DNA of 64,000 bases, taken from a virus. The stretch spans positions 64,001 through 128,000 of IMG/VR virus record IMGVR_UViG_3300047553_000365; one strand, written 5' to 3'. The position numbers and the translations under genes are program-made. How positions within the stretch are numbered: position 1 is the first letter of the stretch; each line of letters begins with the position of its first letter. The notes under the pieces were generated by a model. The model made no database searches, was not told where the DNA came from, and saw only the letters and a list, made by a program, of their open reading frames with translations. Below are positions 27,285-35,459 of the stretch, piece after piece.

Positions 27285-27706
27285 TGTGATAAAATTTTTC
27301 TTATAATCGGTCTTGCTCTAGCATTTGCAGAATGCACATAAAACTTAGGAATAGGGACTTCCGCAAGCTTACACGCACTCACTAAATATTGAGCGCAATG
27401 CGCTCCTGTCTTAATATCAAAATTCTCCCAATTTTCCATGAGAAATTGGGCTGCTAACTTCTTACTAGTTCTATTTTCGGCTAATTCATATGCCACATCC
27501 CACAGATCATTATCAAAACTGACAACATCAGGAATACCCACGGTATCAATGTAGTTTACAAACTCATCGTAGGATCTTACAATGTCCCACTTCCATACAG
27601 GTATACCAGAATAAACAATCAGATTAGCATCCTCATCCCACAGGTGAGCATGTTCTGGTTGTCTATCATCATCCAAGAATAGAAATCTCTTTTCCTTTAT
27701 ATCCAT
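27281..27706 (-). CDS. Cyclic-phosphate-processing receiver-like domain protein
   Basis: LFLDDDRQP, VRSYDEF, VSFDNDL, KTG.HCA.YLV and VHSAN motifs. Confidence 0.75.
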   Translation of the reverse strand: MDIKEKRFLFLDDDRQPEHAHLWDEDANLIVYSGIPVWKWDIVRSYDEFVNYIDTVGIPDVVSFDNDLWDVAYELAENRTSKKLAAQFLMENWENFDIKTGAHCAQYLVSACKLAEVPIPKFYVHSANARARPIIRKILSQ

Positions 27707-27933
27707 GTTAAATCTATTTCTAATTGTAAGTCTTCCGAACCTTCTGGTTTAGTGACTATTCCCTCTGAAAGAAAATAGTCCAGATAATCAAGCAGTTTCT
27801 TATTAAGAAACCATTTTGAATCTCTCTTCATTTTAGGCATTGCCATTAATACTACTAATGCTCCAATTTCTTCTAATGTTAAGCTATCGGAAGCAATGTC
27901 TAACGGCAGGGTTATTTCTTCTTTATTATCCAT
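27697..27933 (-). CDS. Hypothetical protein
   Basis: Start reassigned to MDNKEE, coupled to the upstream stop. Confidence 0.6.
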   Translation of the reverse strand: MDNKEEITLPLDIASDSLTLEEIGALVVLMAMPKMKRDSKWFLNKKLLDYLDYFLSEGIVTKPEGSEDLQLEIDLTWI

Positions 27934-28780
27934 TTTTAAATATACTTTTGAGAATTGGCATCCATCCACCCTTCTTTTTGAATACAGTTCGGGCAATCGC
28001 TTCTCTTGCTACAAGCATACCAAGAGAAATCGCATAGTCAACTACTTTTTTATTACCCTTGAATTTCTTCTGAGTGGCAATAATTTTAGGAACATCATAC
28101 TTACCTCTATAGACATAGCCTGTGGAAGTAAGGTCTGCATGAAAAAGTCCTGTGACACCAAATCTATTTTTAATTACTGCAAATATTCTCTTATTAGGGT
28201 CTTCCTCATCATCTCTCAAAATCTCCATTTGAACATCTAGAAAGAATGATAACGATGGACCACCCCTAATTTCACCCTTACCGTTTTCTTGTAGAATAAA
28301 GATAAGAATACATCCATTTTGTTTGACAGCAGCAATTAGTGTTCTAATACAGTAATCGACTATTTTACTCTTAGTGATCTTCTTATCCTTACAGGTCAAT
28401 GTTTGGAATGAGTCGATAACGATCAGGTCGTTTATATAGGTGAGTTGAGTCAATTCGTCAATGTCGGTAACATTACCAATGTTGACATTATTTGCACCTA
28501 GCCTCTTGCCTGTAATAGATAGCTGTGCCTTACTCTCTTCACCAGATGCGTATTTAACACGCTTACCTAGTCGAGTGAGTCTTTCGCATATATCTAGGCA
28601 AAACGAAGTTTTACCTGCGCCAGCATTGGCGTGTATAATACAAGTAGATCCGGGCAATAGACCACCACCAAAAATGGCATCCAAGTTACTATCCCCCGTG
28701 CTTATTCTGTTTGAAAGGTAATCAGGTGCATTTACACAGGATACCCTCTCAAACCCGTCATTTTGCAGATTCAAGTTCAT
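27926..28780 (-). CDS. RadA/Sms-like RecA-fold ATPase (core only)
   Basis: TGDSNLDAIFGGGL, ANAGAGKTS (Walker A), YASGEES, IVIDSFQT and KNRFG motifs; no N-terminal Zn finger or Lon-like C-domain. Confidence 0.8.
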   Translation of the reverse strand: MNLNLQNDGFERVSCVNAPDYLSNRISTGDSNLDAIFGGGLLPGSTCIIHANAGAGKTSFCLDICERLTRLGKRVKYASGEESKAQLSITGKRLGANNVNIGNVTDIDELTQLTYINDLIVIDSFQTLTCKDKKITKSKIVDYCIRTLIAAVKQNGCILIFILQENGKGEIRGGPSLSFFLDVQMEILRDDEEDPNKRIFAVIKNRFGVTGLFHADLTSTGYVYRGKYDVPKIIATQKKFKGNKKVVDYAISLGMLVAREAIARTVFKKKGGWMPILKSIFKNG

Positions 28781-28796
28781 CGCGCATATCATAGGT

Positions 28797-28808
28797 CGGT
28801 TTTAATTA
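28797..28808 (-). promoter_or_regulatory. Early promoter motif copy 12 (-acc-TATGAT-7 nt-ATG)
   Basis: Exact 12-mer. Confidence 0.75.
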
Positions 28809-28820
28809 ATAACTTACAAG

Positions 28821-29015
28821 TTACCCAACATTCGACATATACCAATATGATATCTCTGCGTGAAAATCCTTCTCTGATTTGACTGTATCCTCTTTAAGAA
28901 AAATGTAACTGAATGGATTCTCATTATCGTAATCCGTCCACACTTCAATTACATCAGGAGAAGTCATGAGAAAGGAATAAGTTCCTATTACGCCCTCGTA
29001 TTTTACTTTTTCCAT
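28821..29015 (-). CDS. Hypothetical protein
   Basis: 64 aa ORF. Confidence 0.6.
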   Translation of the reverse strand: MEKVKYEGVIGTYSFLMTSPDVIEVWTDYDNENPFSYIFLKEDTVKSEKDFHAEISYWYMSNVG

Positions 29016-29018
29016 ATA

Positions 29019-30089
29019 TTACCCTTTAATAGTATGACCCAAAGTTGCAACATTAGCAACACCATTATTAATCATTACTGGTTCGACACCGAAATATCCT
29101 TCTTTATCTACAGTAACAATACCAAAACCATTTTGCCAGTTAGGAGCAGATGCATAGATAGGATCTAAATCACACAAACATCCTAATTCCCATGCATAAA
29201 TTTGTTGGTCTTTTCTTGTTCCAATACCGGGAATTCTCTGTGCAGTCATACCAAGTCTATGAGTGTGTCCCATTAGAACAGAGTGGTAATACTTTTCTAT
29301 CATCCCTCTAGCAGAATAGCCCCCGAACTTTCTAACAACATCACCGTGGAAAGCGGCTAAATCAGGGCAAATTTCGACATAATCGCAATGGTCGATTCGA
29401 TCCTTGAATTCACCTAGGAAGATATTCTCATAACTAAGTGCTTCTTGAATCTCTGGCAATGAACCAAGCTCTCCAAGTCTTTCACTTAAGTATCTAAACC
29501 ATCTACCATCAGTTCCATTACCAGAATGGTTAGCATGAGTTTCTACAATGTGTGCATTACCTGCAACAGAAATTAGATCATTCAAGAACTTATGATAAGC
29601 GGCTCTTTCATCCAGTAGAGAATAATTGTGTCTAATATCTTTTGGATATCTTGATACTGCTAATAGATCAACGGTATCACCATTTAAAATAATTTGTCGG
29701 GGTTGCAATTCTGCAATAGTTTCCAACACAATATTGAGGGATCTTTCACAATGCTTAGGAAAGTGCATATCACCAATAACAACAACAGTATCACTTTGAG
29801 AAGTTTTTGTTGGGGTGAAGTTTGAACTTGAAACATTGATGGGCGCAAGTTGTTCTAAGAATTCCAGAACTTCTTCCTCTGTTTTTCCAAACTTAGTTGG
29901 TTTAACCCTTTGTAAGTTTTCATTAACAAAAGTGGAACCTGTTACTACATCACTACTATCTCCTGATTGAAGATAAGTCTCTACCCAATCTCTTGCAGTA
30001 GATTTAGCAATGCCAAATTCTTCTTTAATTGCGCTATATGTGTAACCACGATTTAGCCTTGCATCTATTACTTGTTGTTTTATCGTCAT
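29019..30089 (-). CDS. HTH plus metallophosphoesterase
   Basis: N-terminal YSAIKEEFGIAKSTARDW helix-turn-helix; IGDMHFP, NGDTVD, FHGD and GHTHR motifs. Confidence 0.85.
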   Translation of the reverse strand: MTIKQQVIDARLNRGYTYSAIKEEFGIAKSTARDWVETYLQSGDSSDVVTGSTFVNENLQRVKPTKFGKTEEEVLEFLEQLAPINVSSSNFTPTKTSQSDTVVVIGDMHFPKHCERSLNIVLETIAELQPRQIILNGDTVDLLAVSRYPKDIRHNYSLLDERAAYHKFLNDLISVAGNAHIVETHANHSGNGTDGRWFRYLSERLGELGSLPEIQEALSYENIFLGEFKDRIDHCDYVEICPDLAAFHGDVVRKFGGYSARGMIEKYYHSVLMGHTHRLGMTAQRIPGIGTRKDQQIYAWELGCLCDLDPIYASAPNWQNGFGIVTVDKEGYFGVEPVMINNGVANVATLGHTIKG

Positions 30090-30092
30090 TTG

Positions 30093-30323
30093 TTATTGTT
30101 TGTTTTGTTTGTTTTTCAGATTTTGAAAAAATTGTAAAATATCTGCTTGTGATACTGTCTGTTCTAAGTCTCTGACTTTTTCTTGGGCTTCTTCATAACT
30201 ATTGAAGTTCCCAATAAATGTCAAGCGACCCGTATCTAGGTATTTTTGATATACATCATAAGTATTGTCATCTGGTCTTGGTATAATCCTATTGATATGG
30301 GAATTTAATCGTCTTTGCTTCAC
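30093..30323 (-). CDS. Hypothetical protein
   Basis: GTG start 5 nt after TAAATA. Confidence 0.65.
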   Translation of the reverse strand: MKQRRLNSHINRIIPRPDDNTYDVYQKYLDTGRLTFIGNFNSYEEAQEKVRDLEQTVSQADILQFFQNLKNKQNKQ

Positions 30324-30331
30324 CCTATTAT

Positions 30332-31315
30332 TTAACCATTTTTGCTAAATTTTGAGGCGTAAAAGGTGACGGTTCTGTGCATAGCCTCGTCATGTTCCAT
30401 TAATTCAAACGAGCGTTTATAGTTAATAGAACTTATAGCATACCTAAAATCATGCCCCTGACGATCCTTTACAAACTTGATAATCGGGTCTATTTCTAAA
30501 ATTTTACCAATATCGGCAATCATTTCTAAATTGGTCATTTCCTTACCAGATCCGATATTATACACTCCTCCCGATTCCCCTATTTCTGCCAATTCTAAGA
30601 TACTTTTATTATGGTCATCTACATAGATCCACTCTCTAATGTTTGTGCCATCTCCATAAACAGGTATGGGTTTTCCATTTACTAAATTCTTAATTATGGT
30701 TGGAATTAACTTCTCATCAAACTGATTAGGCCCAAAATTATTACAACATCTAGTAGTAATAATATCTAATCCATAAGTATCCACATAAGATTTAGCAATT
30801 AAATCAGCGGCTGCTTTAGATGCAGAATAGGGACTTCTTGGATTGAGGTTAGTTTCCTCTGTGAATGGGTCAGAATTAAGCCCTAAATGCCCGTAGACCT
30901 CATCTGTTGATACATTTATAACTCTTGCCTGTGGTTGTTTTACACGCACCATTTCAAGCAATTTAGTAATACCCATTACATTGTTGTATACGAATGCTTC
31001 TGGACCAGAAATACTTCGGTCTACATGAGACTCGGCGGCAAAGTGAAAGACATAATCAAACTTGTTCTTGTTTATAACACCGTTCCAGAAAAGATTACTG
31101 TCAGGATTTAGATCACAAAGACTAAAGGATATTTCCTCATAATCAATATGGTTACATGCCATAGTGGTTGACATTTTACGATGGCCAATCCCCCATTTAT
31201 CGACATTTACTATACTTACGTTTTTATAATGTTTCTTTAAATATTCCAGAAAATTACTTCCAATAAATCCGCAACCACCCGTCACAAGAATGTTTTTGTT
31301 ATTTAAATCTACCAT
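30332..31315 (-). CDS. rmlB: dTDP-glucose 4,6-dehydratase
   Basis: ILVTGGCGFIGSNF, HFAAESHVDRSI, VSTDEVYG, SPYSASKAA and DRQGHDFRYAI motifs; start reassigned to MVDLNNKN. Confidence 0.95.
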   Translation of the reverse strand: MVDLNNKNILVTGGCGFIGSNFLEYLKKHYKNVSIVNVDKWGIGHRKMSTTMACNHIDYEEISFSLCDLNPDSNLFWNGVINKNKFDYVFHFAAESHVDRSISGPEAFVYNNVMGITKLLEMVRVKQPQARVINVSTDEVYGHLGLNSDPFTEETNLNPRSPYSASKAAADLIAKSYVDTYGLDIITTRCCNNFGPNQFDEKLIPTIIKNLVNGKPIPVYGDGTNIREWIYVDDHNKSILELAEIGESGGVYNIGSGKEMTNLEMIADIGKILEIDPIIKFVKDRQGHDFRYAISSINYKRSFELMEHDEAMHRTVTFYASKFSKNG

Positions 31316-31422
31316 ATTAATTTTATTACTATTTATTGACATTGAGGGGTTTTTTGAATTTGGAATGCCCTTCAAATATATGTTTAACATTGATTTTCCA
31401 TTTGTCAAGGCTAAATATTGAT

Positions 31423-31908
31423 ATGGACGAAGAACTTGATGACTTTGAGAACGAGATTGATAAGGATGTGGATTCAATTATATCCCAACTCAAGGATCGT
31501 AACAAATCAATGAAAAAGGCTGCTAGAGAAATGACCACTCTAAACAAAGAGGATATTGAAAAATTTATCATAGATAATGCGGCTGCTGTAGTTACGCATT
31601 CTTTAGAAATGATTGAAGATATGAAGGACATTACCATAGCAGGTGGAGAAAGTGAAGCTATTGAAGCGATGGCAGAATTAGTTAAAGCTACCACAGGTGC
31701 AATTGATTCATTGTCTAAGCTTAAACTAGCGGACGATAAAATCAAGGCCCAAAAACAATTAAAAGAAATGGATATCAATTCCAAGAAAATTGGGGATAGT
31801 GGTGTGGGAGCAAGTGGTATATACATAAGCAGAGAAGAACTCATTAAGGAGTTGGTTAAGACTTCAAGCGATCCAGAGAAGATCGAAGAACCTACAATAG
31901 ATGTTTAA
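31423..31908 (+). CDS. Putative terminase small subunit (gp16-like)
   Basis: Helical protein; EAIEAMAELVKATTGAIDSLSKL resembles the gp16 core; TAAATA-N5-ATG start. Confidence 0.45.
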   Translation: MDEELDDFENEIDKDVDSIISQLKDRNKSMKKAAREMTTLNKEDIEKFIIDNAAAVVTHSLEMIEDMKDITIAGGESEAIEAMAELVKATTGAIDSLSKLKLADDKIKAQKQLKEMDINSKKIGDSGVGASGIYISREELIKELVKTSSDPEKIEEPTIDV

Positions 31909-32810
31909 TTACCTAATTGTCCTTTATTAGTGTTAATGGTAAATTTCTCAACATTATTACCAGTATCTACGATTATTACTGCTTTCCTCTTTTCATCGGA
32001 ATCGTAAACATCACCCATAATGTCGATTTCCTCGATATGAGAACCAACTTGTTTTTCTAGAACTAGAGGTTCAGTAATAGATTCATTTGTATTACCGAAC
32101 GGATTGTAGTTCTTTTTATCTGTATACATTCTATAGTCTTCATCCCCCAGATATTCATTAATCTGTGAAAAAACTTTTTTTGTTATATTTGTAAGATTAT
32201 TATAAAAAGCTGAATCTTTTACAAGATATGTGCCATTAGAGGTATATACCCAACTTCCAGTCTTTTCTTTACCCATTCTGCTTCCATTATTTTTATTAAT
32301 AATGGGCATTGTGTTATCATACATTGTTGAACTCTTCAACGATGATCTAAACACATCTTCAACAACCTTATGAGCAGTTTGCAAATTTTTCTGAACGAAG
32401 TCTGGTAATTTATTATATGTGGTAACTGCACAACCCATAGGAATTGCATCCTTGGCATACAGACTAACATTGGATGGGGATCTTGTAAGATTGCCCATCA
32501 CTCCCATAGAATCAGGAGACTCTTTAAAATACTTACTACTCGCAGTTTTGGAAATTACAAGATCAGCAAATGGGCCTGATTTAAGCTGATTAACATAATA
32601 CTGTATGGAGTAGGTATCTAGCTGACTTCCCTCATTCTCCAATTTAGCCAGAAATTTATCTAGTTGGTCAATACCTAATTCGTAGATTTTCTTAAATTCA
32701 ATAATAAACTCAATATCTTTATCACTAAAGATCTTGGGTAAATTCTTGATCGTTTCAAGAGTCTCCTTATCAAAACAAAGAGATCTTAATAGCTCTACTT
32801 TATTTTTCAT
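31905..32810 (-). CDS. Hypothetical (late/structural) protein
   Basis: 301 aa, last gene of the baseplate cluster. Confidence 0.7.
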   Translation of the reverse strand: MKNKVELLRSLCFDKETLETIKNLPKIFSDKDIEFIIEFKKIYELGIDQLDKFLAKLENEGSQLDTYSIQYYVNQLKSGPFADLVISKTASSKYFKESPDSMGVMGNLTRSPSNVSLYAKDAIPMGCAVTTYNKLPDFVQKNLQTAHKVVEDVFRSSLKSSTMYDNTMPIINKNNGSRMGKEKTGSWVYTSNGTYLVKDSAFYNNLTNITKKVFSQINEYLGDEDYRMYTDKKNYNPFGNTNESITEPLVLEKQVGSHIEEIDIMGDVYDSDEKRKAVIIVDTGNNVEKFTINTNKGQLGN

Positions 32811-32815
32811 TGTGA

Positions 32816-33712
32816 TTAATTAGATGCAAACATTTTTGCTTCAAAATTTCGTCTCTTTACTAAACCGGGAGCATCTTTACCACTAGCCTTAGTATATTCA
32901 AGAAGCTTTTTAGCAATCTCTTCATTACTTCTCTTACCGTTTTGTGTTAATGGTCCCAAAGAACCAATATTGAATCGGAAACTAGTTAATGCATCAACCT
33001 GTTTATCATTCCAATCATATCCCCATGCAGCCTTTGCTTTAAGAACTGCTTCCTTATGTTTGGCAAGATCTTCTCTTAGTCTCTTATCAGCTTCTTCTGG
33101 AGTAATGGTAGTTTCATTTGGTTTAGCTCTAGAACCATGACCAATTGACCATTGTTTATGATCCCAATGTTTGTTAGGCTTAAATCCTTCTTGTGTTTTA
33201 ACAAAGTTTACCAAATCTTCTCCCACGCCAGTATTTTTAGAAAACATGGACTGTGGCTTTTTAGGGGTGGGTATTGTTAGCTTACCCTTAACCAATACAG
33301 GTTTAGATTTGTCGGTCTTTGGTTCTGGAGGAGAGGATTTAATATCTTTTCCCTTGGGTTGTGAAATATTTGTTCTCTGTCTAAGAGGAGATGGTTGAGA
33401 CGGACCAATGTAATCCTTGGTGGCTGGTCCTGTTAGGACATCAATCCCATGTATGGTATCATCAATCTTAGGTTTGATCTTAGTGGAATAGTAGTTCTTA
33501 AGATCCTTAACAGTTTTATCGAAAGATGGAGATAGATCCTCTTTATCTGCTTGATTCAACGCTGCCATCTTTTGTTCAATGGGTTCTGGTCTGCTATCTA
33601 AATACTTAACAGCCTTATATGTTCCCACAGACGATGCTGCCATGGCTGTAAGGGCTAATAGAATTTCCTTAACGCCTTCGTCAAATTGAAACTTTTCCTG
33701 ATTATCGTTCAT
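32816..33712 (-). CDS. GH24 lysozyme with long N-terminal extension
   Basis: FVKTQEGF, WSIGHG, QVDALTSFRFNIG and GLVKRRNFEAKMF motifs; N-terminal hydrophobic segment. Confidence 0.85.
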   Translation of the reverse strand: MNDNQEKFQFDEGVKEILLALTAMAASSVGTYKAVKYLDSRPEPIEQKMAALNQADKEDLSPSFDKTVKDLKNYYSTKIKPKIDDTIHGIDVLTGPATKDYIGPSQPSPLRQRTNISQPKGKDIKSSPPEPKTDKSKPVLVKGKLTIPTPKKPQSMFSKNTGVGEDLVNFVKTQEGFKPNKHWDHKQWSIGHGSRAKPNETTITPEEADKRLREDLAKHKEAVLKAKAAWGYDWNDKQVDALTSFRFNIGSLGPLTQNGKRSNEEIAKKLLEYTKASGKDAPGLVKRRNFEAKMFASN

Positions 33713-33720
33713 ATTCTTAT

Positions 33721-35061
33721 TTAATCAATTTCCTCGTTTATACTAGCTTTTGGTCCGATATAGGTCTTTGTGGCAAACACCTGATTAGTGTATAATCCGT
33801 CAAAAAACTGATGTTTTACCTGTGTCACAAACCACCTACCTAGTAACTTCTGGTCAGTTTTGGGTAGTTCGCCCTCTGGGGGTTTACTGGCAGATACTAT
33901 ATCAATGAAGCGTCCTGCCTTTCTAGACGCAGAACCAATATTACTGAAAGATAGCTGTAAATTGTAGAATGTTAAAGAATTATGTATTTCTGCTTCTATA
34001 ATTTTAGCAGAATCTTCGGCCCTATAGGGATAAACATATTTTTTATATATCTTATCCTTGGCCTTGTTTTTAACAGCAAATGGTTTGGGCTTTCCTCCCT
34101 TGGATCTGAAGGGTTCTACGAAAATCTTCTCCCACTTATCTCTAACCTCATCAAAGTTCAATCTAAACGCTTTTTGTTGACCCATAATAGGATCATAACC
34201 ATAAACTATACTGTTAATAAAAAACTCTGTGGACCAGTTGTAGAGAGGAGTATTATACACCAAATTCTTAATGGGTGAAATGTATAATCCAACAGAAACC
34301 TCTGGGTCAGATTGTGGATTGTTTTCATTATCAAATCCAATCTCCGACACCATATCTCCAATTGGAAATGCTTCTAAACCTAAACTCTTATTATTCTTGA
34401 AAATATCAGATAGTAATGTTAAGGAGTATTTCTTGGTCTTATTATCTTTACTAATAAATCCCTTAACATGTATGTCATCACTTTTAGCATAGAAGATCTT
34501 AATAAAGTAACGAAGAAGATCCATATAGCGGAATGTTGCAGGAGGATGATACTTTATATAAAAATCACCCGATGCCCATTGTTCACCAATACTATCACTT
34601 CCTAACAGTTCTATAAAAATCTCTTTTATAAGATCCCCAACATAACCTTCATAAACTTTACCATATGGAATTGAATCCATAAACTTTATGGCATCGATAG
34701 CCTCTATGGTAAATGTTTTAATGTCCATCGATCTACTTAATGGATCTACTGTGTCAATATTATCAATAAGTATAAACTCTTGTTCGAACTCTTCATCCTT
34801 CAATCCCTTTTGTTCTTTAGGTTTAAACTTGATGGAGAGAACATCTCTACCATCTCCTCTTAAAACATAATCCTGTTCAAACAATCCGAAAGGATTAACA
34901 ATAGAAATTGTTCCTGACATAAATGGATCAAAGAAATCATCTACTAATTCCATTCCACGAATAGCAGCCTTTGTGAATATGATTTGTTGGTTATCAGGAT
35001 TTGATAATTTGAACTCACATTCATATTCAATGTCATTAAGCTTGAATATATTAGTTGCCAT
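33721..35061 (-). CDS. Baseplate hub-like protein (gp27-like)
   Basis: 446 aa in the baseplate cluster; D.F.P..SG.I.I at the N-terminus and GRWFVTQVKHQF at the C-terminus. Confidence 0.5.
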   Translation of the reverse strand: MATNIFKLNDIEYECEFKLSNPDNQQIIFTKAAIRGMELVDDFFDPFMSGTISIVNPFGLFEQDYVLRGDGRDVLSIKFKPKEQKGLKDEEFEQEFILIDNIDTVDPLSRSMDIKTFTIEAIDAIKFMDSIPYGKVYEGYVGDLIKEIFIELLGSDSIGEQWASGDFYIKYHPPATFRYMDLLRYFIKIFYAKSDDIHVKGFISKDNKTKKYSLTLLSDIFKNNKSLGLEAFPIGDMVSEIGFDNENNPQSDPEVSVGLYISPIKNLVYNTPLYNWSTEFFINSIVYGYDPIMGQQKAFRLNFDEVRDKWEKIFVEPFRSKGGKPKPFAVKNKAKDKIYKKYVYPYRAEDSAKIIEAEIHNSLTFYNLQLSFSNIGSASRKAGRFIDIVSASKPPEGELPKTDQKLLGRWFVTQVKHQFFDGLYTNQVFATKTYIGPKASINEEID

Positions 35062-35063
35062 GA

Positions 35064-35459
35064 TTAGTAATGTCTTCCACCGAATACGGTTGAGTTAGTA
35101 ATATCCTCATAGATCAATGATCTTATGGGATCTAGAATGTATTTAAGTTGAACCCCACCCTCTACATAGAATGGTGCGCCTTCAAACTTATCCTTATTAA
35201 GTAAGTATAATATCCACCAACTTTTAATATCTCCGTAAATATTATAAGAAGCTATTGTCATTGCCATTCGTTTGTTGGGAGTATAGAAACCAATGTATTG
35301 ATCGTCAATCTCAGGAAAGTCAATCTTCTTTAAGATGTTATAGGTGTAGAAGTTCTTATCATCTTTCGATTGTTGAAAGACTTTAAAAATGCGTTCATAT
35401 TCTCTGATGCTTAATGCTGAGAGTGATGGTATATCGTTTCTGTAAGTTCCTGTGTCCAT
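35064..35459 (-). CDS. Baseplate wedge protein (gp53-like)
   Basis: IASYNIYGDIKSWWILYLLNK (LysM-like gp53 pattern). Confidence 0.6.
   Translation of the reverse strand: MDTGTYRNDIPSLSALSIREYERIFKVFQQSKDDKNFYTYNILKKIDFPEIDDQYIGFYTPNKRMAMTIASYNIYGDIKSWWILYLLNKDKFEGAPFYVEGGVQLKYILDPIRSLIYEDITNSTVFGGRHY

Noticed and set aside
31-31300. Numerous plus-strand ORFs in the early region
   Set aside because: They are antisense shadows of minus-strand genes with recognisable motifs and show no protein-like features.
31316-31477. N-terminal extension of RmlB in the ORF track
   Set aside because: It overlaps the divergent gene and promoter region; RmlB homology begins at MVDLNNKNILVTGG.
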